Shown piece after piece: positions 1 to 8,265 of a stretch of 64,000 nucleotides of DNA (the stretch's first letter is position 1; each line of letters opens with the position of its first letter). Source of the stretch: Candidatus Kaiserbacteria bacterium. GTDB taxonomy: Bacteria; Patescibacteriota; Minisyncoccia; Phycocordibacterales; UBA2100. The translations under genes were made by a program, and so were the position numbers. The notes under the pieces are model-generated. The model saw nothing but the letters and a program-made list of their open reading frames with translations. It was not told where the DNA came from and did no database searches. Where the stretch lies: contig CAVYCR010000001.1 of NCBI GenBank assembly GCA_963767115.1, positions 66,430-130,429 on the forward strand, given 5' to 3'.

Positions 1-126
1 GCAAACGAGCGCACGATAAAAAGGCCGCCGCTCCCCCAAAAAAGGAACGCCTTTTCGGGTATCTTCGGCATGTGCTGAGGAGGCCAACAGTGCCGCCATG
101 CCGAGAAAAGACAAGAGTTTGGACAT
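1..126 (-). CDS. Partial CDS (first 42 codons; continues past the window start): exported hypothetical protein
   Basis: Edge-truncated, so absent from the ORF track. Minus-strand ATG at 126 with an AAGGAA motif ending 6 nt upstream. Translates MSKLLSFLGMAALLASSAHA/EDTRKGVPFLGERRPFYRALVC, a typical signal peptide with an AxA site. Open to position 1. Confidence 0.4.
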   Translation of the reverse strand, partial: MSKLLSFLGMAALLASSAHAEDTRKGVPFLGERRPFYRALVC

Positions 127-216
127 TTCTAGTTCCTTGTTTGAGAACCTGCACCCACATAGGCGAAGGACTAGCCCCACTCTAACCACAGATCGCGGTC
201 TTAGCAAGCCAAAAAA

Positions 217-2643
217 TCATTGGTTAATTTGCTTCATCTCCCCCCAGTTTGCGCCAATGGATGCCTCAGCAATAATCGGCACGCCCGAGAGCCGCTCTAC
301 CGGCGCCGCATCTTCCATTACTTTTTTCAGTTTCAAGGCCGTTTCCTCGGCGATGTCTTCCGAGATTTCGAAGACGAGCTCGTCGTGCACCTGCATCGTG
401 AGCTTCACTTTCGATCGCCATTTATTTTTCTCGATCAGCTCGTCGCACTGCACCATCGCGAGCTTGATGATGTCGGCCTGCGTGCCCTGTATTGGCGCGT
501 TGACGGCCATGCGCTCAGCTTGTGCGACGACTCCCGGAAGAGATGATTTGAAACCGGGGAAATACCGGCGACGGCCAAAAAGGGTCTCTGTATAGCCGTT
601 TTTTGCTGCCTCGAACTTCGTCTTGTCGATCCACTCGCGCAGGCCTGAGAAGTTTTTGAAATATTCGTCGAGATAGCGCGCGGATTCTTCGCGCGAAACT
701 TCCGTGCCGCCCTCGCTGAGGTTCGCGCGCAGCGCGTTGACCCCCATGCCGTAGAGGATGCCGAAGTTTATCACCTTGGCGCGACGGCGCATTTCTTTGG
801 TCACCATATCGTGCGGCACACTGAAGACGCGTGCGGCGACTTCGGTATGAATGTCTCCGCCGCTTTTGAAGACTTCGATCAGCCGTGTGTCGCCGGACAA
901 GCCCGCTGCGATGCGCAGCTCGATCTGCGAGTAATCGATCGAGGCGAGTACGAAGCCCGGTGCTGCGATGAAGGCGTTCCTGATGCGCCGGCCATATTCG
1001 GTCTTGATAGGGATATTTTGCAATCCCGGATTCTCGCTTGCCATGCGGCCAGTCGCCGCACCCGCCTGCAGGAAGGTCGCGTGCAAGCGCCCGTCACACT
1101 CGATGAGAGTCGGCATTTTCTCGACGTAGGTGCCGAGCAGCTTCTGCAGCTCGCGGAACTTCAAAATGTCGGCGACGACCGGGTGCTGGTCCACAAGCTT
1201 CACGAGCTCTTCTTCGCGCGTCGTGCGTGCGCCCGTCGCTGTCTTCTTTTGCTTTTCCGGCGTTATCTTAAGCTCGTCATACAAAACCACCGCTAATTGC
1301 TTGGGCGAGCCGATGTTGAATTCGTGCCCCGCTGCTTGGAAAATCCGGCCGGCGATTTCTCCCAACTCTTTGTTGTATTCTTTGGCAAGCTTCTTTAGGT
1401 AGGGCACGTCGAGTGCGACACCGTCTACTTTCATGCGATTGACCACCTTGATGAGCGGGTGCTCGATGTCGTCGTAGACTTCTTGCAAACGGCCGGTTTC
1501 TTTTAATTCCCTAAATATCTTTTCGCGCGCCTGTGTGAAATCACTCTCGTGTGTCGACTCGAGAATTTCTTCGAGGTCGGGGTTGTTGGTCTCAGAGTGT
1601 AGGAGCCAAAGCGCGAGAGATGTTTCTTGCAGGAAAACGGGATCGACATCGGGAAGCGGTGCCGAGATGTCTTCAACGCGACGCTCGGCTTTCTCGGGTG
1701 TTGCCGCGACTGTCTGCACACGCGCTTTCAATGACTTGAATTCCAGCTGATCGCACAACTGCAACACCGATTCGAGATGATCGCCGAGCCGCCACTCTTC
1801 TTGCGGCAACTTGAAATCAATCGGCGCGTCGGTACGGATGGTCGCCAAGCCTTTGGAAAATCGTGCGGCTTCCTCACCATCGGCCACCAGCTGTACCAAA
1901 CGCTTTTGCACAGCAGTCTCTTTGGCGACCACTTCGACGCCTTTTTGCTTGAGGGCCGTATAGAGATCGTCGAGTCCGTGATACGCGGTGAGTAACTTTA
2001 AAGCACTCCCCTCCCCGACACCCTTCACGCCCGGAATGTTGTCGGAATGATCGCCCATGATGCCCTTGAGGTCGGGCACGAGCTCCGGGCCGAAGCCGTA
2101 ACGTTCGTTCACCGCCTCGGTGTCGAAGAGAATCGTATCGTTGATGCCCATACGCATCGTATAGACGACGACTTTGTCACTCACCAGCTGCAGCGTATCC
2201 ATGTCGCCCGAGGCGATGATCGTGTCGATTTCTTTCGCGCTTTCGAGCTCGTGCACGATCGTGCCGATGCAATCATCAGCCTCGAAGCCAGGCGCTTGAT
2301 AGAGCGGGATGCCGAACGCCGCGAAAACTTCCGGTGCACGCTCAAGTTGTGAGACGAGCGCATCGTCAATCTTCGCGCGCGTGCCTTTGTAGGCTTCGAA
2401 GATCGTATGACGATGCGTGCCGCCGGGAAGGTCGCGGGTCGCTACGATATAGTCGGGCTTGAGCTCGTTGATAGTACGCAAGAGCATCGTCGCGAGACCA
2501 TAGAGTGCACCCGTCGGCTCACCAGTACTTGAGGAGAAATCAGGCAGCGCATGGTATGCGCGGTGCAATATAGCGTGCGAATCAAGCAAGATGAGTCGCT
2601 TGCGCTCGGTCGTACCCTTGGATGTCGCTTTTTTCTTGGCCAT
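217..2643 (-). CDS. polA: DNA polymerase I
   Basis: ORF 217..2751. N-terminal 5'-3' exonuclease region (RLILLDSHAILHRAYHA). Family A polymerase motifs DYSQIELRI, RRRAKVINFGILYGM and QVHDELVFE. Start moved to the internal ATG at 2643 (MAKKKATSKG...), 8 nt after the tsaE stop. Confidence 0.93.
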   Translation of the reverse strand: MAKKKATSKGTTERKRLILLDSHAILHRAYHALPDFSSSTGEPTGALYGLATMLLRTINELKPDYIVATRDLPGGTHRHTIFEAYKGTRAKIDDALVSQLERAPEVFAAFGIPLYQAPGFEADDCIGTIVHELESAKEIDTIIASGDMDTLQLVSDKVVVYTMRMGINDTILFDTEAVNERYGFGPELVPDLKGIMGDHSDNIPGVKGVGEGSALKLLTAYHGLDDLYTALKQKGVEVVAKETAVQKRLVQLVADGEEAARFSKGLATIRTDAPIDFKLPQEEWRLGDHLESVLQLCDQLEFKSLKARVQTVAATPEKAERRVEDISAPLPDVDPVFLQETSLALWLLHSETNNPDLEEILESTHESDFTQAREKIFRELKETGRLQEVYDDIEHPLIKVVNRMKVDGVALDVPYLKKLAKEYNKELGEIAGRIFQAAGHEFNIGSPKQLAVVLYDELKITPEKQKKTATGARTTREEELVKLVDQHPVVADILKFRELQKLLGTYVEKMPTLIECDGRLHATFLQAGAATGRMASENPGLQNIPIKTEYGRRIRNAFIAAPGFVLASIDYSQIELRIAAGLSGDTRLIEVFKSGGDIHTEVAARVFSVPHDMVTKEMRRRAKVINFGILYGMGVNALRANLSEGGTEVSREESARYLDEYFKNFSGLREWIDKTKFEAAKNGYTETLFGRRRYFPGFKSSLPGVVAQAERMAVNAPIQGTQADIIKLAMVQCDELIEKNKWRSKVKLTMQVHDELVFEISEDIAEETALKLKKVMEDAAPVERLSGVPIIAEASIGANWGEMKQINQ

Positions 2644-2650
2644 AGAGGTA

Positions 2651-3073
2651 TTAGTTGTACCGAATTTCACGCGAATCACCAGACCCCTCAAAGGAGGCAT
2701 GTATCGCATCTTTTGGAATGATGTCGGCGACGCGCTCCGGCCATTCGACAATGACGAGGTTACTCGGATCCAAAATAACCTCCTTCCATCCGAGCACCTC
2801 GAGCTCGTGTGCGTCTTTCAGGCGATACGCATCAATGTGCATGAGCCGTTTGAAAGGCTGATTCTCAAGTTCATACACTTTCTCGATGACGAAAGTCGGG
2901 CTTGTGACCGCCTCATGTATACCAAGCGCTACGGCAATCCCCTGAGTGAAGGTCGTCTTCCCCGCGCCGAGTTCACCGGAGAGCGCGATCACTGTTGCGG
3001 TGGCACGCGGCGCAAGATTCGCGACAAACCGCGTCGCTTCTCTCCTCATCGCATCCAATCCTTCAATCTTCAT
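2651..3073 (-). CDS. tsaE: tRNA threonylcarbamoyladenosine (t6A) biosynthesis ATPase TsaE
   Basis: ORF 2651..3112. P-loop SGELGAGKTTFTQGIA, small size and HIDAYRL motif are typical of TsaE/YjeE. The likely start is the internal ATG at 3073 (MKIEGLD...). Confidence 0.85.
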   Translation of the reverse strand: MKIEGLDAMRREATRFVANLAPRATATVIALSGELGAGKTTFTQGIAVALGIHEAVTSPTFVIEKVYELENQPFKRLMHIDAYRLKDAHELEVLGWKEVILDPSNLVIVEWPERVADIIPKDAIHASFEGSGDSREIRYN

Positions 3074-3154
3074 GCGTATAGTGTAGCAAAACGGCCGCCT
3101 TCGACACGTCATAGGTATCTCCGACGTGCCAATATGCGATACAATAGAAGATGT

Positions 3155-4864
3155 ATGGCAACCCAGTTCAACGAGAAAAAGTCCGAGGAGCGCATGAAGG
3201 AGCTACGTATGCGCGAGGAAGAACAGCTCGCCGAGATGCTCTCCGGCAAGTACGGCGTCGAATACGTCGACCTCACGACCAAGTCGATCGACACCGACGC
3301 CTTGCGCCTCGTCGGCGAAGCAGAGGCGCGGCAGGTCGAGATCGCATGCTTCCACAAGCTCAACAAAATGCTCTTCGTCGCTATGCGCGCGCCCGAGCGG
3401 CCGGATGCGCTCACCGCCGTGCAAAACCTCGAGCAGCTCGGCTATGTCGTGCGGCGCTTCATCGTTTCGCGTGCCTCGCTCGAGCACGCGTGGGACCGCT
3501 ATCACGACATCTCCTACGCGACCGAGACCGAAGCGGGCATCCTCACGCTCTCCAACGACACGATCAAAGAGATGCTCAAGAAGCTCAAGACCATGCACGA
3601 CGTGCGAAACGAAGATCGATCTCGTACCGTCTGGCTCCAAAGACACGCACCGCATCTCGCGCGTCCTCGAGATCATCATGGCCGGCGCGCTTTCTCTCGG
3701 CGCATCTGACATCCACCTCGAGCCGGAAGAGAGTGGCGTGCGCATGCGCTACCGCCTCGACGGCGTCTTGGTCGAGGTCGTCGATGTTTGACGATCCGAC
3801 CTACGCGCTCGATCTCATCGCGCCTCAAGCTTCTCTCGGGCCTCAAGCTCAACATCAAAAACGCCGCGCAAGACGGCCGCTTCTCGATCGTCGTCGGCGG
3901 CAAAGAGATCGAGATTCGTACCATCGATCTTGCCTGGCGCTTACGCCGAGACGATCGTCATGCGTGTCCTCGATCCGACGACGATCGCGCTTCCCATGGA
4001 GGCGCTCGGCTTCGACAAATACCTCATGGAACTCTTCCAGCACGAGATCGCGAAGCCCAACGGCATGATCCTCAACACCGGGCCGACCGGCTCCGGCAAG
4101 ACGACGACACTCTACGCCTTCTTGCGACCAAGTATCGACGCCTGACATCAAGGTCGTCACCATCGAGGACCCGATCGAATACCACCTCAACGGCGTCGTG
4201 CAGACGCAAGTGTCCAAGGATTACACCTTCGCGCTCGGGCTTCGCTCGACACTGCGCCAAGACCCCGACGTGATCATGGTCGGCGAGATCCGCGACGCCG
4301 AAGTCGCATCGACCGCGGTGCAGGCATCGCTTACCGGTCACCTCGTCTTCTCGACACTCCACACCAACGACGCAGCTGGCACCTTCCCGCGACTTGTCGA
4401 CATGGGCGTCTCGCCGGACATCATGGCGGCGGCGCTTACCGTCTGCGATGGCGCAGCGCCTCGTGCGCCGCCTGTGTCCGAACTGCCGCACCGAAGCCCC
4501 GATCACCGGCGCCGACAAAGTCTACGATGGACCGCTTGCTGCAAAACATCCCGCACGCCGATGAGCTCCCGCAGAACCGCGACACGATGTGGCTCCCCAA
4601 AGGCTGTGAGAAATGCGGCGGCCTCGGCTACAAGGGCCGCATCGCGGTCGTCGAGGTCGTCCTCATGGATCACAACATCGAAAACGTGATACGTACGAGC
4701 TCCTCGCGAGCGCGAGATCTGGAAGGCGGCGCGTCCGCAAAACATCCGCCGCATGGCGCAAGACGGCGCCGTCAAAATCCTGCAAGGCGTCACTGCCATC
4801 GAAGAACTCGCGCCGCGTCGTCGACCTCGATGACGAGGTGATGCTCGAGGGTATCAACGGATAA
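3155..4864 (+). pseudogene. pilB: Type IV pilus assembly / type II secretion ATPase (PilB/GspE family), reading frame broken at 8 or more points as sequenced
   Basis: Homologous text runs through successive track ORFs in different frames (2591..3709, 3405..3791, 3788..4273, 3930..4145, 4198..4689, 4527..4841, 4613..4864). It includes ASDIHLEPEE, Walker [56 protein letters not shown] and the Cys cluster CPNC...[12 protein letters not shown]. Start ATG 3155 (MATQFNEKK). Segment frames (coordinate mod 3) step 2,0,(1),2,0,1,2,0,1,2. Confidence 0.85.
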
Positions 4865-4941
4865 CCACAGTGTTGATAAGGAAGTTTGCTTCTGGAGTGT
4901 GCGGCGTATACTGACGCTATATTCGATAAATAGAAACAATT

Positions 4942-5175
4942 ATGACTGATGAACATGCAAATCCTCCCGCCCAAGACGGGGATGTTACCCAGACTTCGCA
5001 CGTAGACGCGCCGGCTGCTGCGCCACAGGCCACGCCGGCAGCTTCAGTCGGTGGTACGGTCCACAACGCCCAACAGGGTATCTCCAACACCATGCAAGAA
5101 GTAGAAAAGCTCGAGACAAGCGAGTCACAAGTAGGCAGCATCGTGAACGGCGTGAAAGGACTCTTCCATCTCTAG
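4942..5175 (+). CDS. Small hypothetical protein (77 aa), low-complexity Ala/Pro-rich N-terminal half
   Basis: It is the only ORF in an otherwise empty 300 nt. There is no recognisable motif, so coding status is uncertain. Confidence 0.25.
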   Translation: MTDEHANPPAQDGDVTQTSHVDAPAAAPQATPAASVGGTVHNAQQGISNTMQEVEKLETSESQVGSIVNGVKGLFHL

Positions 5176-5273
5176 GAGACTGACTGCCAAAACCCTAAGG
5201 AGAAATACGCCACGCAATTCACTTTTAGGAAGGTTGCAAATCCTATTGGAGTGATACGATTGAATATAGAAAA

Positions 5274-5418
5274 GACGGAGGCGCGATTCTCTTAGCAACA
5301 CTTTCAATATAGAAAGGTGCGCCGGGATCTAAGGATAGCAGCAGTAGAAACGCCGTGAAGCAGGTCACCGCTGCGTCCTCGAAAAAGGCACGCTTGCTAA
5401 GAGAATCGCGCCCCCGTC
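5274..5418. repeat. Long inverted repeat: 25-bp stem (one mismatch) enclosing 95 nt, in the 420-nt spacer upstream of ruvB
   Basis: 5274-5298 (gacggaggcgcgattctcttagcaa) is the reverse complement of 5394-5418 (ttgctaagagaatcgcgcccccgtc), except for A5279 opposite C5413. Confidence 0.8.
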
Positions 5419-5596
5419 GGCACGCCGAAGTCATGTTTGTCATGACGAAGGCGGCTGTCGGAGTATCGATTCACTAAGATGTAAAAATCGCCCCTGAAGG
5501 GACGACTATCGGCAGTGTATCATAAAGAAAATATAAGTCAAGCTCCCCGTTCGCCTCGCCGCACACGCGACCATGTGCCCGGCAAGCCGGCATTTT

Positions 5597-6610
5597 ATGT
5601 CAGAAAACAAAGACAAAATCATTGAGAAGTCCCCACGGTCGCTCGACCAGGCACTGCGCCCCGATTCATGGGCACAATACGTCGGCCAGCCGACGATCAA
5701 GGAAAATTTACGCATTCTTCTCACCGCAGCCCGCGGCCGCGAGCACCAGCCCGAGCATATCCTGCTCTACGGGCCGCCGGGCTTGGGCAAAACGACGCTC
5801 GCCCACTTGATCACCAAAGAGATCGGCACATCGCTGCGCTCCACCTCAGGCCCTGCTATAGAGCGCGTCGGTGACCTCGCAGCCATCCTCACCAACCTCT
5901 CGCCGGGCGACGTGCTTTTCATCGACGAGATCCACCGCCTCAACAGGACGATCGAGGAAATCCTCTATCCTGCCATGGAAGCAGGCGTACTCGACATCGT
6001 GATCGGCAAAGGCCCGGCTGCACGCACGGTACAGCTTGAGCTGCCGCCATTCACACTCATCGCGGCGACAACGCGCATCTCGATGCTCTCCGCGCCGCTA
6101 CGCAGCCGCTTCTCGGGCGGCACATTCCGTCTCCAATACTACAGCGAAGATGAGATCGTCGAGATCTTGCGACGCTCATCGAAGATCCTCGGCATTGAGG
6201 TGGGCAATGAGGGCTTACATGAGATCGCGCGCCGCGCTCGCGCGACGCCGCGTACTGCCAACTATTTAGTGAAGCGCTCGCGTGATTATGCAGAAGTGAG
6301 CGGCGAGCCGCTCGACGTGCGGACGGTCAAGAAATCACTCGCGCTCCTCGAGATCGACGAACTAGGACTCAACCAAACCGACCGCGATATTCTCTCGACG
6401 ATTGCTGAAAAGTTCAACGGCGGCCCTGTCGGCCTCAAAACGATCGCTGCGGCACTCTCCGAAGAAGAAGCGACCGTCGAGGAAGTGAACGAGCCGTACC
6501 TCATGCAGGCGGGCCTCCTCGACCGCACGCCGCGCGGCCGCATCGTCACCCCCAAAGGCTATGCTCACATCGGGCTCGAGGTACCCAAGGCGCAGCAGCC
6601 TCTTTTATAA
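5597..6610 (+). CDS. ruvB: Holliday junction branch migration helicase RuvB
   Basis: ORF 5573..6610. Walker A LLYGPPGLGKTTLA, Walker B LFIDEIHRLN, and a winged-helix C-terminus. The likely start is the ATG at 5597 (MSENKDKII...). Confidence 0.93.
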   Translation: MSENKDKIIEKSPRSLDQALRPDSWAQYVGQPTIKENLRILLTAARGREHQPEHILLYGPPGLGKTTLAHLITKEIGTSLRSTSGPAIERVGDLAAILTNLSPGDVLFIDEIHRLNRTIEEILYPAMEAGVLDIVIGKGPAARTVQLELPPFTLIAATTRISMLSAPLRSRFSGGTFRLQYYSEDEIVEILRRSSKILGIEVGNEGLHEIARRARATPRTANYLVKRSRDYAEVSGEPLDVRTVKKSLALLEIDELGLNQTDRDILSTIAEKFNGGPVGLKTIAAALSEEEATVEEVNEPYLMQAGLLDRTPRGRIVTPKGYAHIGLEVPKAQQPLL

Positions 6611-6669
6611 TTCATAAAATGTTTGATTGACGTACAATTTAGGATGAGTTAGATTTCTGCGAGTAACAA

Positions 6670-7536
6670 GTGATGGAGATTCTAGTGACAACTGAACACC
6701 GTTTCTCACTTGAAGAAGTAGAGTGCATATTACGCGATGCGATGGATAAAGCCGCCGATGATATCCATTCAGTTGAAGAAGGATTGGAGAACCCTGTTGT
6801 AAACATTCAATTCTTCGCTTCGTGTATGAAAGGCAAGCGCATGCTCGACGTTGGCTGCGGATGGGGCCGGTATGCGCAGTGTTTTGTAGATCTCGGCCTT
6901 ATATATACCGGTATTGATCTCTCACCTCGAATGATCGAGATCGCGCAGAGGTCCAACCTGGGGCTCATATTCAAGGAAATGAGTTTTCGTAAGATCGATT
7001 TCCCCGACGAGAGCTTTGAAGGCCTGTGGAGCTGTTGCAGTCTTGGTTTTGAACCGAAGCGCAACATGCAGGCGGTCTTACGGGAAATGTCTCGGATTCT
7101 TGTCCCCGGCGGCCTACTTTATATTGTTCTCCCGAATCATTGGGACAGTTTCGAGGATCCGCCAGATCCCTCGGCGACAGGTTTCAAACGGATACATTAT
7201 GCACGTTGGCTACCAGATGAGTTCTTGGATGTGATAAGGAAATCAGGCCTCGATTGCTCGACGCGTCTCTGGGTTGAACTTTTCTTCGGGCACCATCTCG
7301 ACATTGAACTTACCCTCGGCAAAGGCCTTCGTCGCCATTTTGAGAACGGACGCAAACGGGACACCAAGATGCTTGGCACGCTTCATTGCTTTTGCTTTTA
7401 CTGCTGGGTCTATGTTAAACACAATCTGCGTTGTCATGCATATAGCTTATATATAGCTATAATATATGTCAAGAATCTATTAGATTGGGAGAAACTGTTT
7501 CTCCCAATTAGTTCTCCTTCTGGAAATACGCGGTAA
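6670..7536 (+). CDS. Class I SAM-dependent methyltransferase; the 3' ~270 nt of the ORF are probably non-functional read-through
   Basis: Motif I LDVGCGWGRY, then LIYTGIDLSPRMI and GGLLYIVLPN. The methyltransferase fold appears complete by about 7270. The tail is low quality and lies antisense to ORF 7243..7437. Confidence 0.7.
   Translation: MMEILVTTEHRFSLEEVECILRDAMDKAADDIHSVEEGLENPVVNIQFFASCMKGKRMLDVGCGWGRYAQCFVDLGLIYTGIDLSPRMIEIAQRSNLGLIFKEMSFRKIDFPDESFEGLWSCCSLGFEPKRNMQAVLREMSRILVPGGLLYIVLPNHWDSFEDPPDPSATGFKRIHYARWLPDEFLDVIRKSGLDCSTRLWVELFFGHHLDIELTLGKGLRRHFENGRKRDTKMLGTLHCFCFYCWVYVKHNLRCHAYSLYIAIIYVKNLLDWEKLFLPISSPSGNTR
7243..7437 (-). CDS. Ribbon-helix-helix antitoxin-like protein (RelB/DinJ-like), with no cognate toxin gene adjacent
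   Basis: MTTQIVFNIDPAVKAKAMKRAKHLGVPFASVLKMATKAF resembles the N-terminal beta-strand plus two helices of RelB/DinJ antitoxins. A 7-bp/7-bp palindrome lies immediately upstream (7441-7461). Confidence 0.5.
   Translation of the reverse strand: MTTQIVFNIDPAVKAKAMKRAKHLGVPFASVLKMATKAFAEGKFNVEMVPEEKFNPETRRAIEA
7441..7461 (-). promoter_or_regulatory. AT-rich palindrome (tatagct-N7-agctata), candidate operator/promoter of the RHH ORF
   Basis: Read directly. It lies 4 nt upstream of the ATG at 7437 and contains TATA-type hexamers on both strands. Confidence 0.3.
7484..7508 (-). terminator. Hairpin (11-bp stem, 3-nt loop) abutting the stop codon of the 7508..8212 gene
   Basis: attgggagaaa ctg tttctcccaat. 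There is no clean U-tract, so the terminator function is tentative. Confidence 0.35.
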
Positions 7537-8212
7537 AGGTACGACGCTTGCCAGCTTTGCCGCGGATTATGTGGCGGTGGGATTTGTCGAATTTGTGAAG
7601 CGTGAGGTACGGCTCGAAGAATTCGCGTACTTTCTCCTCGCTCCAGACGTATTCGTACATGCCGAATTCTGGGTGTATGTAGGCGCCTTCTTCGTCGGCA
7701 GGATGATCGCGCAAGAGACGCTTGGTGTGCAAGTCTTCGTCAGCGAGGAATGACTTGAGTATGTACCAACCGCCGGTTTTCAGCACGCGCAATATCTCAT
7801 CGCGCAGGTGCTCGCGCTCTGCGGCTTTCAAGAAATGTGACGTCATAAGATCGAGCACCATCGTGACCGAGCCGTCCTTGACCTTGTCGAAGTCCCCATC
7901 GATTGAACGTGCCTCGTATTTGATCGGCAACTGCAGCGACGCATCGCGCGCCATCTTGATCGCCTCTTCGGAGACGTCGTAGCCCAGCCCGTGCATGCCG
8001 TAGGTTTTCGCCAAATAGACGAGATGCCGACCGTTCCCCGTCCCGAGATCAAGTACGGTTGCAAGGGGGTTCAGATATTCATGCCCCGTGCGGCGTTCAA
8101 TCCACTTGGTGGCTTTCACCAAGTCTTCCGAGGCTTCAGCCGAGAGCTTCAAGTGCCCGCTTGATTTGTATTCTTTATTCCAGAATCCGCGATTCGTGCT
8201 CATAGAGGGCAC
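7508..8212 (-). CDS. Class I SAM-dependent methyltransferase
   Basis: Motif I VLDLGTGNGRHLVYLA, then GLGYDVSEEAI and GGWYILKSF. It is convergent with the 6670..7536 ORF and overlaps it by 29 nt. Confidence 0.8.
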   Translation of the reverse strand: MPSMSTNRGFWNKEYKSSGHLKLSAEASEDLVKATKWIERRTGHEYLNPLATVLDLGTGNGRHLVYLAKTYGMHGLGYDVSEEAIKMARDASLQLPIKYEARSIDGDFDKVKDGSVTMVLDLMTSHFLKAAEREHLRDEILRVLKTGGWYILKSFLADEDLHTKRLLRDHPADEEGAYIHPEFGMYEYVWSEEKVREFFEPYLTLHKFDKSHRHIIRGKAGKRRTFTAYFQKEN

Positions 8213-8265
8213 TATAGCAAAGGCCGCGGATATGTCCCGTTTTCAATCGGCTACTCCCTCACGGA

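Noticed and set aside
98-595. 165-aa plus-strand ORF, with similar long ORFs at 220..546, 811..1296 and 2047..2352
   Set aside because: They lie antisense or out of frame within the strongly supported polA gene. They have Ser/Arg/Cys-rich junk composition, a typical effect of GC-rich coding DNA.
3151-4068. 305-aa Arg/Ala-rich ORF and other long alternative-frame ORFs across 2591-4864
   Set aside because: These are out-of-frame read-through of the pilB region. Only short stretches of each frame carry PilB-like text, and the rest is low-complexity Arg-rich sequence.
5176-5596. RNase P RNA, tmRNA, SRP RNA or 6S RNA in the ruvB upstream spacer
   Set aside because: I could not find the universal RNase P P4/CR motifs, a tRNA-like acceptor/T-arm with a tag ORF, or the SRP domain IV motif on either strand. 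It is left as an unassigned structured region.
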